Shown in pieces: positions 30,294 through 40,885 of a stretch of DNA of 64,000 nucleotides (positions within the stretch are counted from its first letter, which is position 1; every line of letters starts with the position of its first letter). The translations under genes and the position numbers were made by a program. The stretch comes from an uncultured Planctomycetota bacterium (lineage in GTDB: Bacteria; Planctomycetota; Planctomycetia; Isosphaerales; Isosphaeraceae). The notes beneath the pieces were generated by a model, which did no database searches, was not told the DNA's origin, and saw only the letters and a program-made list of their open reading frames with translations. The stretch is taken from positions 1,120,001 through 1,184,000 of the forward strand of contig CAVTTN010000002.1 in NCBI GenBank assembly GCA_963737655.1, read 5' to 3'.

Positions 30294-31745
30294 CTATCGC
30301 CTGGAGGCGGCCGTCGTCCCCGGCTTGGTGATCGTGAAGCGGTCCAGCTCCTTGCCTTCGGCCGAGAGCTGGCGGATCGTCAGCGACGGGCCATCCACGT
30401 CGGCGACGGTCAGCGAGTGGACCTGCGAGACGAACTTGTGGGTGAACCCCTGCCAGGTGTCGGGCTGGTCCTGCTGCTCCGGGTTATACAGGTGCTGGCC
30501 GCCGGCGCCGGTCACGAGGTAGATCACGCCCTCGGGCGAGGTGTCGGCCTTGCCGTCGAACGCCTTATCGAGGGTCCAGGCGCCGATCACCAGGCGGCCC
30601 CGGACCGTCTTGCCGTCCCTGCCGCCGAGCAGGGGGATGCCCTGGCCGTTCTTGTCGGCCTTGAACTTCAGCGGGTAGGAGCGCTGGTAGTTGTGGACGT
30701 GGCCGTTGAACACGACGTCCACCTTGCCCGCCTCCAAGAGGGGGGCCACCAGCCTCATCTGCTGCTGCTCGTAGTGCTCGCGGGCCGAGTTGAAGCCGGG
30801 GTGGTGGAAGACGACGAACCGCCAGGTGGCGTCCTTCGCCGAGGCCAGGTCGCCGGCGACCCACTCGCGGAGGGCCTTGTCGTTCCAGTCCACGTAGGGG
30901 TTGGAGTCGAGGAACGTCCAGTGGGCGTTGCCGTAGTCCAGCGAGAACATGGCCATCCGAGGATAGGCGTCGCCGGCGGCCGAGATGAACGCCTTGCGAT
31001 GGGCCTCCGAGGCCACGAGCTTCGGCACGGAGGCGCTGCCTTCCTCGTTCTTCGGGCCGTTGAGCGGCTGGTCCCAGACCTCGAAATAGGCCAGGCCGTC
31101 CGGCAGGCGGTCGAGGTCTCGGGTGTCGGTGTCGTGGTTGCCCGGGGCGGCCACGAACGGGGTGGACCTCATCAGCGGGGCGGCCTTCTGCGAGGCCTCG
31201 TCCGCGTTGTAGATCGGCCAGAACTTCTCGCGATACTCGGCCAGGGTGCCGCGCTCGTACACGATGTCTCCGGGGATCACGACGAGGTCCGGCTTCTCCA
31301 GGAACGCGCGGACGGCCAGCGCCTGCTGCTCCGGCGTCTCGGCGCCGACGTCCCCGAACGCCACGAACCGATACGGCTGGCTCGCCGCCTTCAGGGCCTT
31401 GCCTTCGGCCGAAAACTCGACCTGATCGCCCTTCTTCACGCGATATTCGAAGGTGCCGCCCGGCTCCAGTCCGGTCAGTTTGGCGCGGTAGATCCGGTGG
31501 GGCGGGAGCTTCTCGACGGCGACCCGCCGGCCGCCGTCGACGTCGGCCTTCCGCCATTCCTTGCCGGCCCCGACGCGGTACTCGACGGCCCAGGGGGCAT
31601 CGGCGTCGTCGGCGTGCCACATCAGGACTAGGGAATCGGCCCCCTTCGCCTCGCCGACCTGGAGGTAAGGCTTGACGACGAACGGCCCGTCGGCCAGGGC
31701 CGGCGAGGCGATCGCCAGGAGGACCAGGGAAATCAGGAGGCGCAC
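30294..31745 (-). CDS. Purple acid phosphatase-like metallophosphoesterase with FN3 domain
   Basis: 'FGDVG', 'GDIVY', 'PGNHD', 'FHHP', 'GHVHNYQR'. Confidence 0.88.
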   Translation of the reverse strand: MRLLISLVLLAIASPALADGPFVVKPYLQVGEAKGADSLVLMWHADDADAPWAVEYRVGAGKEWRKADVDGGRRVAVEKLPPHRIYRAKLTGLEPGGTFEYRVKKGDQVEFSAEGKALKAASQPYRFVAFGDVGAETPEQQALAVRAFLEKPDLVVIPGDIVYERGTLAEYREKFWPIYNADEASQKAAPLMRSTPFVAAPGNHDTDTRDLDRLPDGLAYFEVWDQPLNGPKNEEGSASVPKLVASEAHRKAFISAAGDAYPRMAMFSLDYGNAHWTFLDSNPYVDWNDKALREWVAGDLASAKDATWRFVVFHHPGFNSAREHYEQQQMRLVAPLLEAGKVDVVFNGHVHNYQRSYPLKFKADKNGQGIPLLGGRDGKTVRGRLVIGAWTLDKAFDGKADTSPEGVIYLVTGAGGQHLYNPEQQDQPDTWQGFTHKFVSQVHSLTVADVDGPSLTIRQLSAEGKELDRFTITKPGTTAASRR

Positions 31746-31917
31746 TCTTCATCGTGAAGGCTCCGGGAACTCGCCTCGCCGTGACCCCGGCCCGGACCCC
31801 GATCCTCGATCGGGCGGCGGGCCGCGAGGCGAGGCCCCAGGCTACCGGATGACGACCGCCCCTGAACCCCGTCCGCCATGAGATTTGACGGAAGTTTTCG
31901 TGAAGGAGACGATCGCC

Positions 31918-33835
31918 TCAGATGTCAATGTCTTTCGCCGTGTACGCCTCGGCCATGATGAACTTGAACCGGGCCTCGGGCTCCTTGCCCATCAGGTCGC
32001 TGACGGTGCTCTCGGTGTAAGGGCGGTCATCATCGGGGACGACCACGCGGAGCAGTCGCCGCCTGGCCGGGTCGAGCGTGGTCTCGAACAGGAGCTTCGC
32101 CGGCATCTCGCCCAGCCCCTTGAACCGGGTGATGTTCGGCTTCGCGTTCTTCGGGAGCTTCGCGAGGATGCGGTCCTTCTGGGGGTCGTCGGCCGCCCAG
32201 TACGTCTCCTGCCCGTGAGAGACCTTGTACAGGGGAGGGCAGGCGAGGTACACGCGGCCCTCGGCGAAGAGGCTCGGCAAGTGCCGATAGAAGAACGTGA
32301 GCAACAAGGTGGCGATGTGGTGGCCGTCGCTGTCGGCGTCGGTCAGGAGGATGACCTTGCCGTAGCGGAGCCGCGCCGAGTCGTAGCCGTCGTCCATCCC
32401 GCACCCCAGGGCGCTGACGATGTCGGTCAGCTCCTTGTTGTCCAGGACCTTGGCCTTGCCGGCCTGCTCGGCGTTGAGGACCTTGCCCTTGAGGGGCAGG
32501 ATCGCCTGGATGTCGCGGTCGCGGCCCTGCTTGGCGGAGCCTCCGGCGGAGTCCCCCTCGACGATGAAGAGCTCCCGACTCCTCGGGGTTCGTGCTGTCG
32601 CAGTCGTGGAGCTTGCCGGGGAGGTTCAGGCGGTTGGTGATCGCCGTCTTGCGGCGGACCTGGCTGGCGGCGGCGCGGCTGGCCTCCCGGGCCCGGGCCG
32701 CCTGGATCACCCGGTTGGCGATCGCGTCGCCGATGCTCTTGTTCTTCAGGAGGAACCCTTCGAGGGCCGGCCTCACGGCCGACTCGACGAGCGAGCGGAC
32801 CTCGGGGTTGTTCAATCGGTCCTTCGTCTGGCCCTGGAACTGCGGCTCGTGGAGGCAGACCGAGAGCACGGCGACCATGCCCTCGCGGATGTCTTCCTCC
32901 TTGATTTCCATCCCTTTCTTGATCAGTTCGTGAGTGTCCATGAACTTGCGGACGGCCGCGCCGATGGCCTTGCGGAGGCCCTGCTCGTGGGTGCCGCCGT
33001 CCCGGGTGGGGATCGTGTTGACGAAGGAGCGGACGTCCTCGTCGGTGGCCTCGGTCCAGCCGAGCGCGAGGTTCACGCGGAAGTCGTCCTCGTCGCGTTC
33101 GAGGACGAACGGCTGGGGGGCGACCCTCTGGTCGTTCCTCGACCCGTTGATGGCGTCGAGGAAATCGGCCACGCCACCGTCGTGGCGGAACTCGGCCGAG
33201 GTCTTCCCCTTCTCGTCGATGAACTGGATCACCAACCCTTTATTCAGGTAAGTTTTCACGTCCAGGCGTTCGGTGATCAGCGTGGGGTCGAAGGACTGGT
33301 CGCGGAAGATCTCGGTGTCGGGCGTAAAGGTGATGGTGGTGCCGGTGCCCCGGGCGGGCTCGCCGGGCTCGACGCCCCCGAGCGGCTTGCCCCGGCGGTA
33401 GTTCTGGGTGTAGGTCCGGCCGTCGCGGCGGACCTCGGCCACGAGCGACTTGCTCAACGCGTTGACGACGCTGGCGCCGACGCCGTGGAGGCCGCCGGCC
33501 ACCTTGTAGGCGTCGTTGTCGAACTTGCCGCCGGCGTGGAGGGTCGTGAAGATGACCTCCAGGGCGCTCTGGCCGGTCTTCGGGTGCTTGTCGACGGGGA
33601 TGCCGCGGCCGTTGTCGGCGACGGTGGCGGTCCGGCCGTCGGGCCCGAGGGTGACGACGATCCGCGAGGCGTGGCCGTTCATGACCTCGTCCACGGAGTT
33701 GTCCACGATCTCCCAGAGGAGGTGGTGGAAGCCCGCCTTGTCCACCCCGCCGATGTACATCCCGGGGCGGCGGCGGACGGCCTCCAGGCCCTCCAGGACC
33801 GTGATCGAATCGGCGTTATACGTGCCCGAGGCCAT
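31918..33835 (-). CDS. parE: Type II topoisomerase subunit B, probably topoisomerase IV ParE (frameshift near 32575)
   Basis: '[16 protein letters not shown]', 'DNGRGIP', 'LHAGGKF', 'GGLHGVG'; removing one G restores '[17 protein letters not shown]', '[10 protein letters not shown]', 'RFKGLGEM'. Confidence 0.8.
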
Positions 33836-33884
33836 CAGGGTCGTCCTCGATCGGGAGGCAGGTGCGAAATAGGATCTCGGAGGC

Positions 33885-34775
33885 TCAGGAGGCATCCTCG
33901 GCGGCCGGGCCGAGGAGGGCCCTGAGGCGTCGGACCTCGGCTTCCAGGTTCTCGGCCCTGGCCCGTTCGGCCGCGGCGGTCGCGCGCTCGGCCTCGGCCC
34001 TGGCCCGTTCGGCCGCGGCGGTCGCGCGCTCGGCCTCGGCTTTGGCTCGTTCGGCCGCAGCCTCGGCTCGCTCGGCCTCGGCGCGACCGTGTTCGTAGTC
34101 CGCCCGGATTCGCTCGTTCTCGGCCCGGATTCGCTCGTCCTCTCGAAGCCTCGCCCCAACCTGGAGGGCCTCGGTCTTCTCCTCGCTCGTCAGCAACGGC
34201 TGGCCGGTCGCCAGGTCGATCAGTCGGATCAAGGGGCCCTCGGGGACGAGCCGGAGGTTCAGCTCCTCGCTGACGAAACCGCCGTCGGCGTCGGGGACGA
34301 GTTCTTCATAGACGCCCTCCCGGAGCCTCAAGCCTCGGAACCGAGGGGTCAGGCATTCGCCGATCGGGTCGAAGAGGAAGTATTCGGGGATGCCGAGCCG
34401 GGCGTAGGTCTCGCGCTTCGGGCCGAGGTCCTCCTTGAGCGTATCCTCGGACGAGAATTCGAAGACGACCGACGGGACCGCCCCCTCGTTCCAGACCTTG
34501 AACGAGCGGCGCTCCGGCTCTCGGGGGACGCCCAGGATGACCATGCAATCCGGGCAGCGGACGGCCTTCGGATTGTGTTGCTCATAATAGAGAAACATAT
34601 TCCCCGCGATGTAGGCATCCCGGCCCGCGAGGTGGTCGCGCAGGACCTGGATCAGGTTGATGGCGGAGGTCGCATGCCAGCCGGTCTCGCCCAAGGGTTT
34701 GCCGTCCTCCGAGGGGTAGAAGACCCCGTCTTCCGTGTCGCTCGTCCGGGATCGGAACGCGGGCGCGATCGACAT
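33885..34775 (-). CDS. Uma2 family (PD-(D/E)XK) endonuclease with coiled-coil tail
   Basis: 'YPSEDGKPLGET..H', 'CPDCMV', 'VFEFSSEDT', 'GIPEYFLFDP'. Confidence 0.88.
   Translation of the reverse strand: MSIAPAFRSRTSDTEDGVFYPSEDGKPLGETGWHATSAINLIQVLRDHLAGRDAYIAGNMFLYYEQHNPKAVRCPDCMVILGVPREPERRSFKVWNEGAVPSVVFEFSSEDTLKEDLGPKRETYARLGIPEYFLFDPIGECLTPRFRGLRLREGVYEELVPDADGGFVSEELNLRLVPEGPLIRLIDLATGQPLLTSEEKTEALQVGARLREDERIRAENERIRADYEHGRAEAERAEAAAERAKAEAERATAAAERARAEAERATAAAERARAENLEAEVRRLRALLGPAAEDAS
33951..34076. repeat. 42-bp tandem repeat x3 encoding the Uma2 coiled coil
   Basis: CTCGGCCCTGGCCCGTTCGGCCGCGGCGGTCGCGCGCTCGGC: two exact copies plus one degenerate copy (AERATAAAERARAE). Confidence 0.85.
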
Positions 34776-34787
34776 GGCAATGACTCC

Positions 34788-37253
34788 TTACTGCTCGACC
34801 TGATCGACGGGCGGCACGGGCTGGGCGTCGTCGTGGAGGACCGCGTCGAGCGAGCCCCTCTGGAGGATCGCGTATCCCTTGCCCCCCCGGGCGGTCACCG
34901 GGTACTTCGTGGCCCGGACGACCTGGGTCGAGCCTCGATTCGTGCGGACGGTCAGCCCCTCGCGCTTCTTCCCCGCCAGGGCGAAGCCGAGGACGCGGTC
35001 CATCGCGTCGAGCCTCACGGCCGTGACCCCCTTGGCCGCCCCGGAGACCACGTTCGCCTCGCCGACCGGGAAGATCAGGACCCGGGCGCTCTTCGTGGCC
35101 AGGCAGACGTTCTCCGAGCCGTCGCTGACCTCCACGCCGACGACCAGGTCGTCGGCCACGGCCGGGTCGAGCCTCACGACCGACCGGCCCTTGCGAGTGC
35201 TCACCGCCGCGAGAGCCGCCAGCGAGAATCGCAGCACCTTGCCGCCGGCCGTCATCGCCACGATGTAGGGCGGCGGGGGCAACGCCGGGTGGCCGTTGCC
35301 GTTGGCCGAGGGGCCGTCGCCGTTGGCCGCGAGGTCGTCGATCAGCGTGGCCTGGACGGCCTGGCTCGGCGGGGGGGCGTGGGAGACGTCGGGCAGGCAG
35401 CGCGGGTCGTGGCAGGCGGCGCCGACGAGGTGCTCGCGGTCCTCGAAGGCGAATTGCTTCTGGATCGGCTCGCCGTGGCCGGTGGTCAGCGGGATGTCGT
35501 TGACCCTCAGCGTGTAGGCGATCCCGCGATCGGTGAAGAACGTGATCGACTGCCGGGCCCGGGCCCGGTAGACCCAGCCCACCGAGTCCTCGTCGCGGAC
35601 CCGGATGCTCGCCACGTCGGTGAACGTCTTCTGCCTCTTGATCCAGCCCTCTCGGGTCACGATCACCCAGGCGTCCTCGTCGACGATGTAATCTTCCTCG
35701 CGGAACTCGATCGCGGGCAGGGGGCCTTCCAGGAGCTTCGTCCGCCGGGGGTCGCCGTAGGCGCGGCCGATCTCCTTGATCTCCTTGCGGATGATCTTCC
35801 ACCGGGCCGGCTCGTCGTCCAAAAGGCCCTGGATCTCGGCGGCCTTGAGCCGTTTTTCCTCCAGCTCCTTCAGGATGTCGGCGATCTCGAGCTTGCCGAG
35901 GCGATAGAGCTTCGTCTCCAGGACGGCGTCGGCCTGCTCGGCGGAGAGGCCGAAGCGGCTCATGAGCTTCGGGGCGGCGTCGGGCTTGCCGTTGCTGTCG
36001 CGGATGATCCGGATCGCCTCGTCCAGGTTGTTGAAGACGATCGCGAAGCCTTCGAGGACGTGGATTCGCCTCAAGAGCCCCTCAAGCTCGTTGCGGAGCC
36101 TCCGGGTGACGACCTCCAAACGGAAGTCGAGGAAGTGGAGCAGGATGCTCTTGAGGTCCAGCCGGTCCGGGACCGCCACCTCGGCCCCGGCGGCGGGCAG
36201 GAGGCACGTCAAATTGGCGTTGAAGTTGGTTTGAAGGGGCGTGTTCTTGAACAAATAGGCAAGCGCCGCGTCGGCGTTCGCCCCGGGCCGAAGCTCCAGC
36301 GCGATCCGCACGTCGTCGGTGCTCAGGTCCTTCACGTTCGTGAGCTGGGGCACCTTGCCCTGGCCGATCAATTCGCCGATCCGCTCGACCAGCGCGTCTT
36401 TCTCAATCCCATAAGGAATCGAGCTGATCAGCACCTGGTTCGGCCGGTCGGGATCGAGCGCATACTCGCCCCGGAGCTTGATCGTGCCCTGCCCGGTCGC
36501 GTAAACCTGCTGGATTTCCTCGGGAGTGCTGAGGATCAGGCCGCCGGTGGGGAAATCGGGCCCGGGGATCGATTTCAGGAGCTTCTCGAGGGGGAGTTCG
36601 CGATTGCCCTTCAGGACGGCGTCGAGCAGGGTGAGCAGGGCTTCGCAGACCTCGCCGAGGTTGTGGGGCGGGATGTTCGTGGCCATCCCGACGGCGATCC
36701 CCGCCGCCCCGTTGATCAGCAGGTTCGGCACCTGGGCCGGCAGGACCTCCGGCTCCTCGGCCGTGGCGGCGTAGTTCGGCTTCAGATTCACCGTCCGGTC
36801 GCGGAGCTCGGAGAGCATCTCCTGGGCGATCGGCGTCAGGCGGCATTCGGTGTAGCGCATGGCGGCCGGGGGGTCGCCGTCGAGCGAGCCGAAATTGCCG
36901 TAGCCGTCGATCATCGGGTAGCGGAGGCTGAACGGCTGGGCCATCCTCACCAGGGCGTCGTAGATCGACTGGTCGCCGTGGGGGTGGTAGCTCTTCATGA
37001 CCTCGCCGACGACCGCCGCGCTCTTGATATAGCGGCCGTCGGCCGTCACGCGGAGGTCGCTCCACATGGCGAAGAGGATGCGCCTCTGGACCGGCTTCAG
37101 GCCGTCGCGGACGTCGGGCAGGGCGCGCGAGGTGATGACGCTCAGGGCATAATTGAGGTAGCGAGAGCGCGTGGCCTCGGCCAGCGACACGTCCTCGACC
37201 ACGACCTTCGGCCGGGGGCCGAGGTCCTCGATCCGTCGGTTCCGCTTCGCCAT
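34788..37253 (-). CDS. parC: Type II topoisomerase subunit A, probably topoisomerase IV ParC
   Basis: 'RALPDVRDGLKPVQRRIL', 'YHPHGD', catalytic 'AAMRYTE', 'PGPDFPTG'. The first CTD blade lacks the canonical GyrA box, which favours topo IV. Confidence 0.8.
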   Translation of the reverse strand: MAKRNRRIEDLGPRPKVVVEDVSLAEATRSRYLNYALSVITSRALPDVRDGLKPVQRRILFAMWSDLRVTADGRYIKSAAVVGEVMKSYHPHGDQSIYDALVRMAQPFSLRYPMIDGYGNFGSLDGDPPAAMRYTECRLTPIAQEMLSELRDRTVNLKPNYAATAEEPEVLPAQVPNLLINGAAGIAVGMATNIPPHNLGEVCEALLTLLDAVLKGNRELPLEKLLKSIPGPDFPTGGLILSTPEEIQQVYATGQGTIKLRGEYALDPDRPNQVLISSIPYGIEKDALVERIGELIGQGKVPQLTNVKDLSTDDVRIALELRPGANADAALAYLFKNTPLQTNFNANLTCLLPAAGAEVAVPDRLDLKSILLHFLDFRLEVVTRRLRNELEGLLRRIHVLEGFAIVFNNLDEAIRIIRDSNGKPDAAPKLMSRFGLSAEQADAVLETKLYRLGKLEIADILKELEEKRLKAAEIQGLLDDEPARWKIIRKEIKEIGRAYGDPRRTKLLEGPLPAIEFREEDYIVDEDAWVIVTREGWIKRQKTFTDVASIRVRDEDSVGWVYRARARQSITFFTDRGIAYTLRVNDIPLTTGHGEPIQKQFAFEDREHLVGAACHDPRCLPDVSHAPPPSQAVQATLIDDLAANGDGPSANGNGHPALPPPPYIVAMTAGGKVLRFSLAALAAVSTRKGRSVVRLDPAVADDLVVGVEVSDGSENVCLATKSARVLIFPVGEANVVSGAAKGVTAVRLDAMDRVLGFALAGKKREGLTVRTNRGSTQVVRATKYPVTARGGKGYAILQRGSLDAVLHDDAQPVPPVDQVEQ

Positions 37254-37422
37254 CGCCCCGTCACGCCCCCGGTTCGCCGTCCTGGAGAGGCCCCGTCCAT
37301 CGCCGCATGACCTACCCATTTTAGCCGGATCGGACAACCCCAAGCAACCGCAATACTGTACAAAATTCTAGAATGGCCCGGGAGGGTCGCGATTCGGCCG
37401 CCGGTCGCGCCCGGGTCGTTGA

Positions 37423-38133
<711 letters not shown>

Positions 38134-38295
38134 GCGGGCCGGGTCTCCTCCTCAGTTCAGAGGGTACTTGAATCTGTCGAGGATCGGCGGGAAATGGCAC
38201 GGGCTGTGCGATAGGGATTCTCTCGACGAGAACACACATGAGCGGCCGCCTCCCGCCCGAGGCGGGCCGTTTTCCCTAACCGCGAACCGACACCC

Positions 38296-39498
38296 ATGAA
38301 CACCCACCGTCGTCCCCGGAACTTCAAGCTGGCCCTGGAAGAGCTGGACGCCCGGATCACGCCCGTAGCGGGCGCGGCCTCGGCGAGCGTGACGGCCTCG
38401 GTCCAACAGGCGGCGATCGCCCCGGTCACCACGGCCGCCGAGCACCGGGCCGAGCTCGTCGCCGAGAAGACCGCCGCCCGGGAGGCGCGCCAGGAGAAGC
38501 TCGCCGCCCAGAGGGAAGCCCGCCAGGAGAAGCTGGCGGCCCGTCGCGAGGCCCGGCTGGCCAGGCTCGACGCCCGGACCTCCACCACGGCCCTCCACAA
38601 CCTCCGATCCACGACCGCCCAGGCCGCCACGGCCGCCACCCCGACGGCTTCCCCCGCCTCGACCTTCCGCGCCCCGGGCTCGAACTTCACCGGGACCACC
38701 GGCTTGACCGTGATCCCCTCGGCCACGACCACCACCGCCGCGAGTAACGGCACCGGGACGACCGCCGCCGCCTCGACCACCGACTCGACCGGCTCGACCG
38801 CGACCACGGCCGGCTCCTCGGGCGGCACGACCTCGACGACGAACGCCGGGACGACGGTCATTTATTATCCGACGACCGGCACCGTCTCCCCCACGGGCGT
38901 GGGCACGGCCGGCACCTCCACGGCCAGCGGCGGGCTCACCGGGGTGACGACCGGCCAGGCCGTCGGCACCACCGGGATCACCACCGGGGCGCTCGGCGGG
39001 ACGTCCACCGGCGGAGTGACCACCAACGGCAGCACCGGGCTGGTCGAGAACACCTCGCTCTACGGCTCGCCGATCCAGCAGGAGCTGGCGGGCCAGCCGG
39101 CCGGCTCGTTGAATAACAACCTCGGCGCCGCCGCCCCGGGCTCGATCTTCAGCGCCTCGCCCACGTTCGACCCGACCAGCTCGATCTTCGGGGCCTCGCC
39201 GACCTACTCCGGCGGCAGCACCCTGCTCGGGTCGACGACTACCGGCGCCTTCCTGGGCCAGCCGGCCTCGAACCTGAACAACAACGTGACGAACCCGAAC
39301 GTCGCCGGCTCGATCTTCACCAGCTCGCCCACGTTCTCCTATCCGAGCTCGACGTTCTCCAGCTCGCCGACGTTCGCCTCGGGGGGTTCGATCTTCAGCG
39401 CGTCGCCGACGTTCAGCAGCGCCCCGTCGCTCTTCGGCAACTCGGTCCAGTACGCCAGCACGGTGGGTGCGCTGTACCGGGCGCCGACCAGTTATTAA
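38296..39498 (+). CDS. Secreted low-complexity Thr/Ser/Gly-rich repeat protein
   Basis: N-terminal 'RRPRNFKLALEELDARITP', a short coiled coil, a Thr-rich linker and C-terminal 'SIFSASPTF' repeats; strong GC3 bias. Confidence 0.75.
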   Translation: MNTHRRPRNFKLALEELDARITPVAGAASASVTASVQQAAIAPVTTAAEHRAELVAEKTAAREARQEKLAAQREARQEKLAARREARLARLDARTSTTALHNLRSTTAQAATAATPTASPASTFRAPGSNFTGTTGLTVIPSATTTTAASNGTGTTAAASTTDSTGSTATTAGSSGGTTSTTNAGTTVIYYPTTGTVSPTGVGTAGTSTASGGLTGVTTGQAVGTTGITTGALGGTSTGGVTTNGSTGLVENTSLYGSPIQQELAGQPAGSLNNNLGAAAPGSIFSASPTFDPTSSIFGASPTYSGGSTLLGSTTTGAFLGQPASNLNNNVTNPNVAGSIFTSSPTFSYPSSTFSSSPTFASGGSIFSASPTFSSAPSLFGNSVQYASTVGALYRAPTSY

Positions 39499-39560
39499 GA
39501 TTTCCGGCTTCACGACCCTTCCGCCTCGGCCCGGGATGCCTTCCCGGGCCGTTGGCGTTT

Positions 39561-40412
39561 CTACGTCGCCCGGATCGCCGGCGGTTTCGGGGCGTGGTTC
39601 AGGCAGCGGCGGAGGCATTCGTAGCTCTGCTGGGCCGTCTCTTCGGCCCCCGCCGAGTAGTCGAACACCTCGACCGAGATCCAGCGGTCGTAGCCCGAGG
39701 CCGACAGGCAGCCGACGATCGGCCCGAAGTCCACCTCGCCCATCCCCGGCCCCCGCAAGTTCGTATCCTGGACGTGGACGTGACCCGCTTCCCGGGCGAA
39801 CCTCGTGAACAGCTCGACCACCGAGCCGCCCGGGTCGCCGCTCTGGGCCTTCACGTCCAGATGGAGCCGAAATTTGTCGTGATCGACCCGGCGGATCAGG
39901 TCGTTCGCCTGCGCGATCGAGGTGAGGAAATTCGTCTCCGTCGCCGCCAACGGTTCCAGGCAAAGCTCCACGCCGCACGCGCCGATCGCCGGCATGACCG
40001 CCGAGAACACCTCCGCCGCCCAGTCCATCGCGTGGTGAAAATCGACCTCGGGGAGCAAATCCCGCTGCTTCGGCGAGCCGAAGACCATCACCGAGCCGCC
40101 CAGCGCCTGGGTGGCCTCGGCCAGGCTCACGAGATAGTGGGCCGTCTGACGCCGGACCTGGCGATCGGGCGAAGTCAGGTAAAATCCCTCGGTCCTGGCG
40201 AGCAACCAGTGGAGGCCGATCGTCTCCAGACCGGAATCCTCGACGATCGTCCGCAACTCCCGGAGCCTCCAGAGGGGAAGGTCGGTGATCTTGGGAGCCA
40301 GGGTGAACGGGGCGATCTCCAGGCCGCCGTAGCCGATCGCCTTGACGGTCTGACAAACCCGGGCGAAGTCCCAGCCCTCGAACAGCTCGTTGCAGATGCC
40401 CAGGCGGATCAT
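39561..40412 (-). CDS. Sugar phosphate isomerase/epimerase (xylose isomerase-like TIM barrel)
   Basis: 'ICNELF', 'GLEIAPF', 'FGSPKQR', 'LEPL..ETNF', 'HLDVKA', 'HVHVQD', 'SVEVF'. Confidence 0.88.
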   Translation of the reverse strand: MIRLGICNELFEGWDFARVCQTVKAIGYGGLEIAPFTLAPKITDLPLWRLRELRTIVEDSGLETIGLHWLLARTEGFYLTSPDRQVRRQTAHYLVSLAEATQALGGSVMVFGSPKQRDLLPEVDFHHAMDWAAEVFSAVMPAIGACGVELCLEPLAATETNFLTSIAQANDLIRRVDHDKFRLHLDVKAQSGDPGGSVVELFTRFAREAGHVHVQDTNLRGPGMGEVDFGPIVGCLSASGYDRWISVEVFDYSAGAEETAQQSYECLRRCLNHAPKPPAIRAT

Positions 40413-40444
40413 CGCGATTCCCCCTTCGCCCCAGACCTCCTCAA

Positions 40445-40885
40445 TCACATCAAGCCCGCATTTTGCGCCGTCGCCTCGATGGCAGCCCGGAGGGTCACGT
40501 AGACGATCCCGGCGTCGATCGCGATCGTCCCGACGACCATCAGCCAGACCAGGGGCCGCAAGGGGCGGACGAACATCGAGAGCCAGAACCCGGCCACGGC
40601 GATTCCCGCCAGGGTCGCGACGACCCCGAAGACGTCGCGATGGCAGGCGACGGCCAGGGCCCAGACCAACCCCGGCCAGCCTCGGAAGGTCCGTGCCTGG
40701 TCCAGGCCGCCGGGGAGCATCGATCCCCAGACCATCGGCACGAGCCGGCTCGTCAATTGATACCCGAGCAGGAGCCCCAACGCCAGGACGAAGGGGGCCG
40801 TGGAGAACCGCGACCGCCGGGGCCGGGAAGGTCGGCTCATGGCCTTCAGGACGCGCTCAAACGCCCGATCGGTCGAGGGGTTCAT
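40445..40885 (-). CDS. Hypothetical membrane protein
   Basis: Three hydrophobic segments; lies between folD and the epimerase on the same strand. Confidence 0.6.
   Translation of the reverse strand: MNPSTDRAFERVLKAMSRPSRPRRSRFSTAPFVLALGLLLGYQLTSRLVPMVWGSMLPGGLDQARTFRGWPGLVWALAVACHRDVFGVVATLAGIAVAGFWLSMFVRPLRPLVWLMVVGTIAIDAGIVYVTLRAAIEATAQNAGLM

Noticed and set aside
32560..32590. Programmed frameshift or true pseudogene in the topoisomerase B gene
   Set aside because: No slippery heptamer, both halves are intact, and similar single-base indels recur through the window; a sequencing error is more likely.
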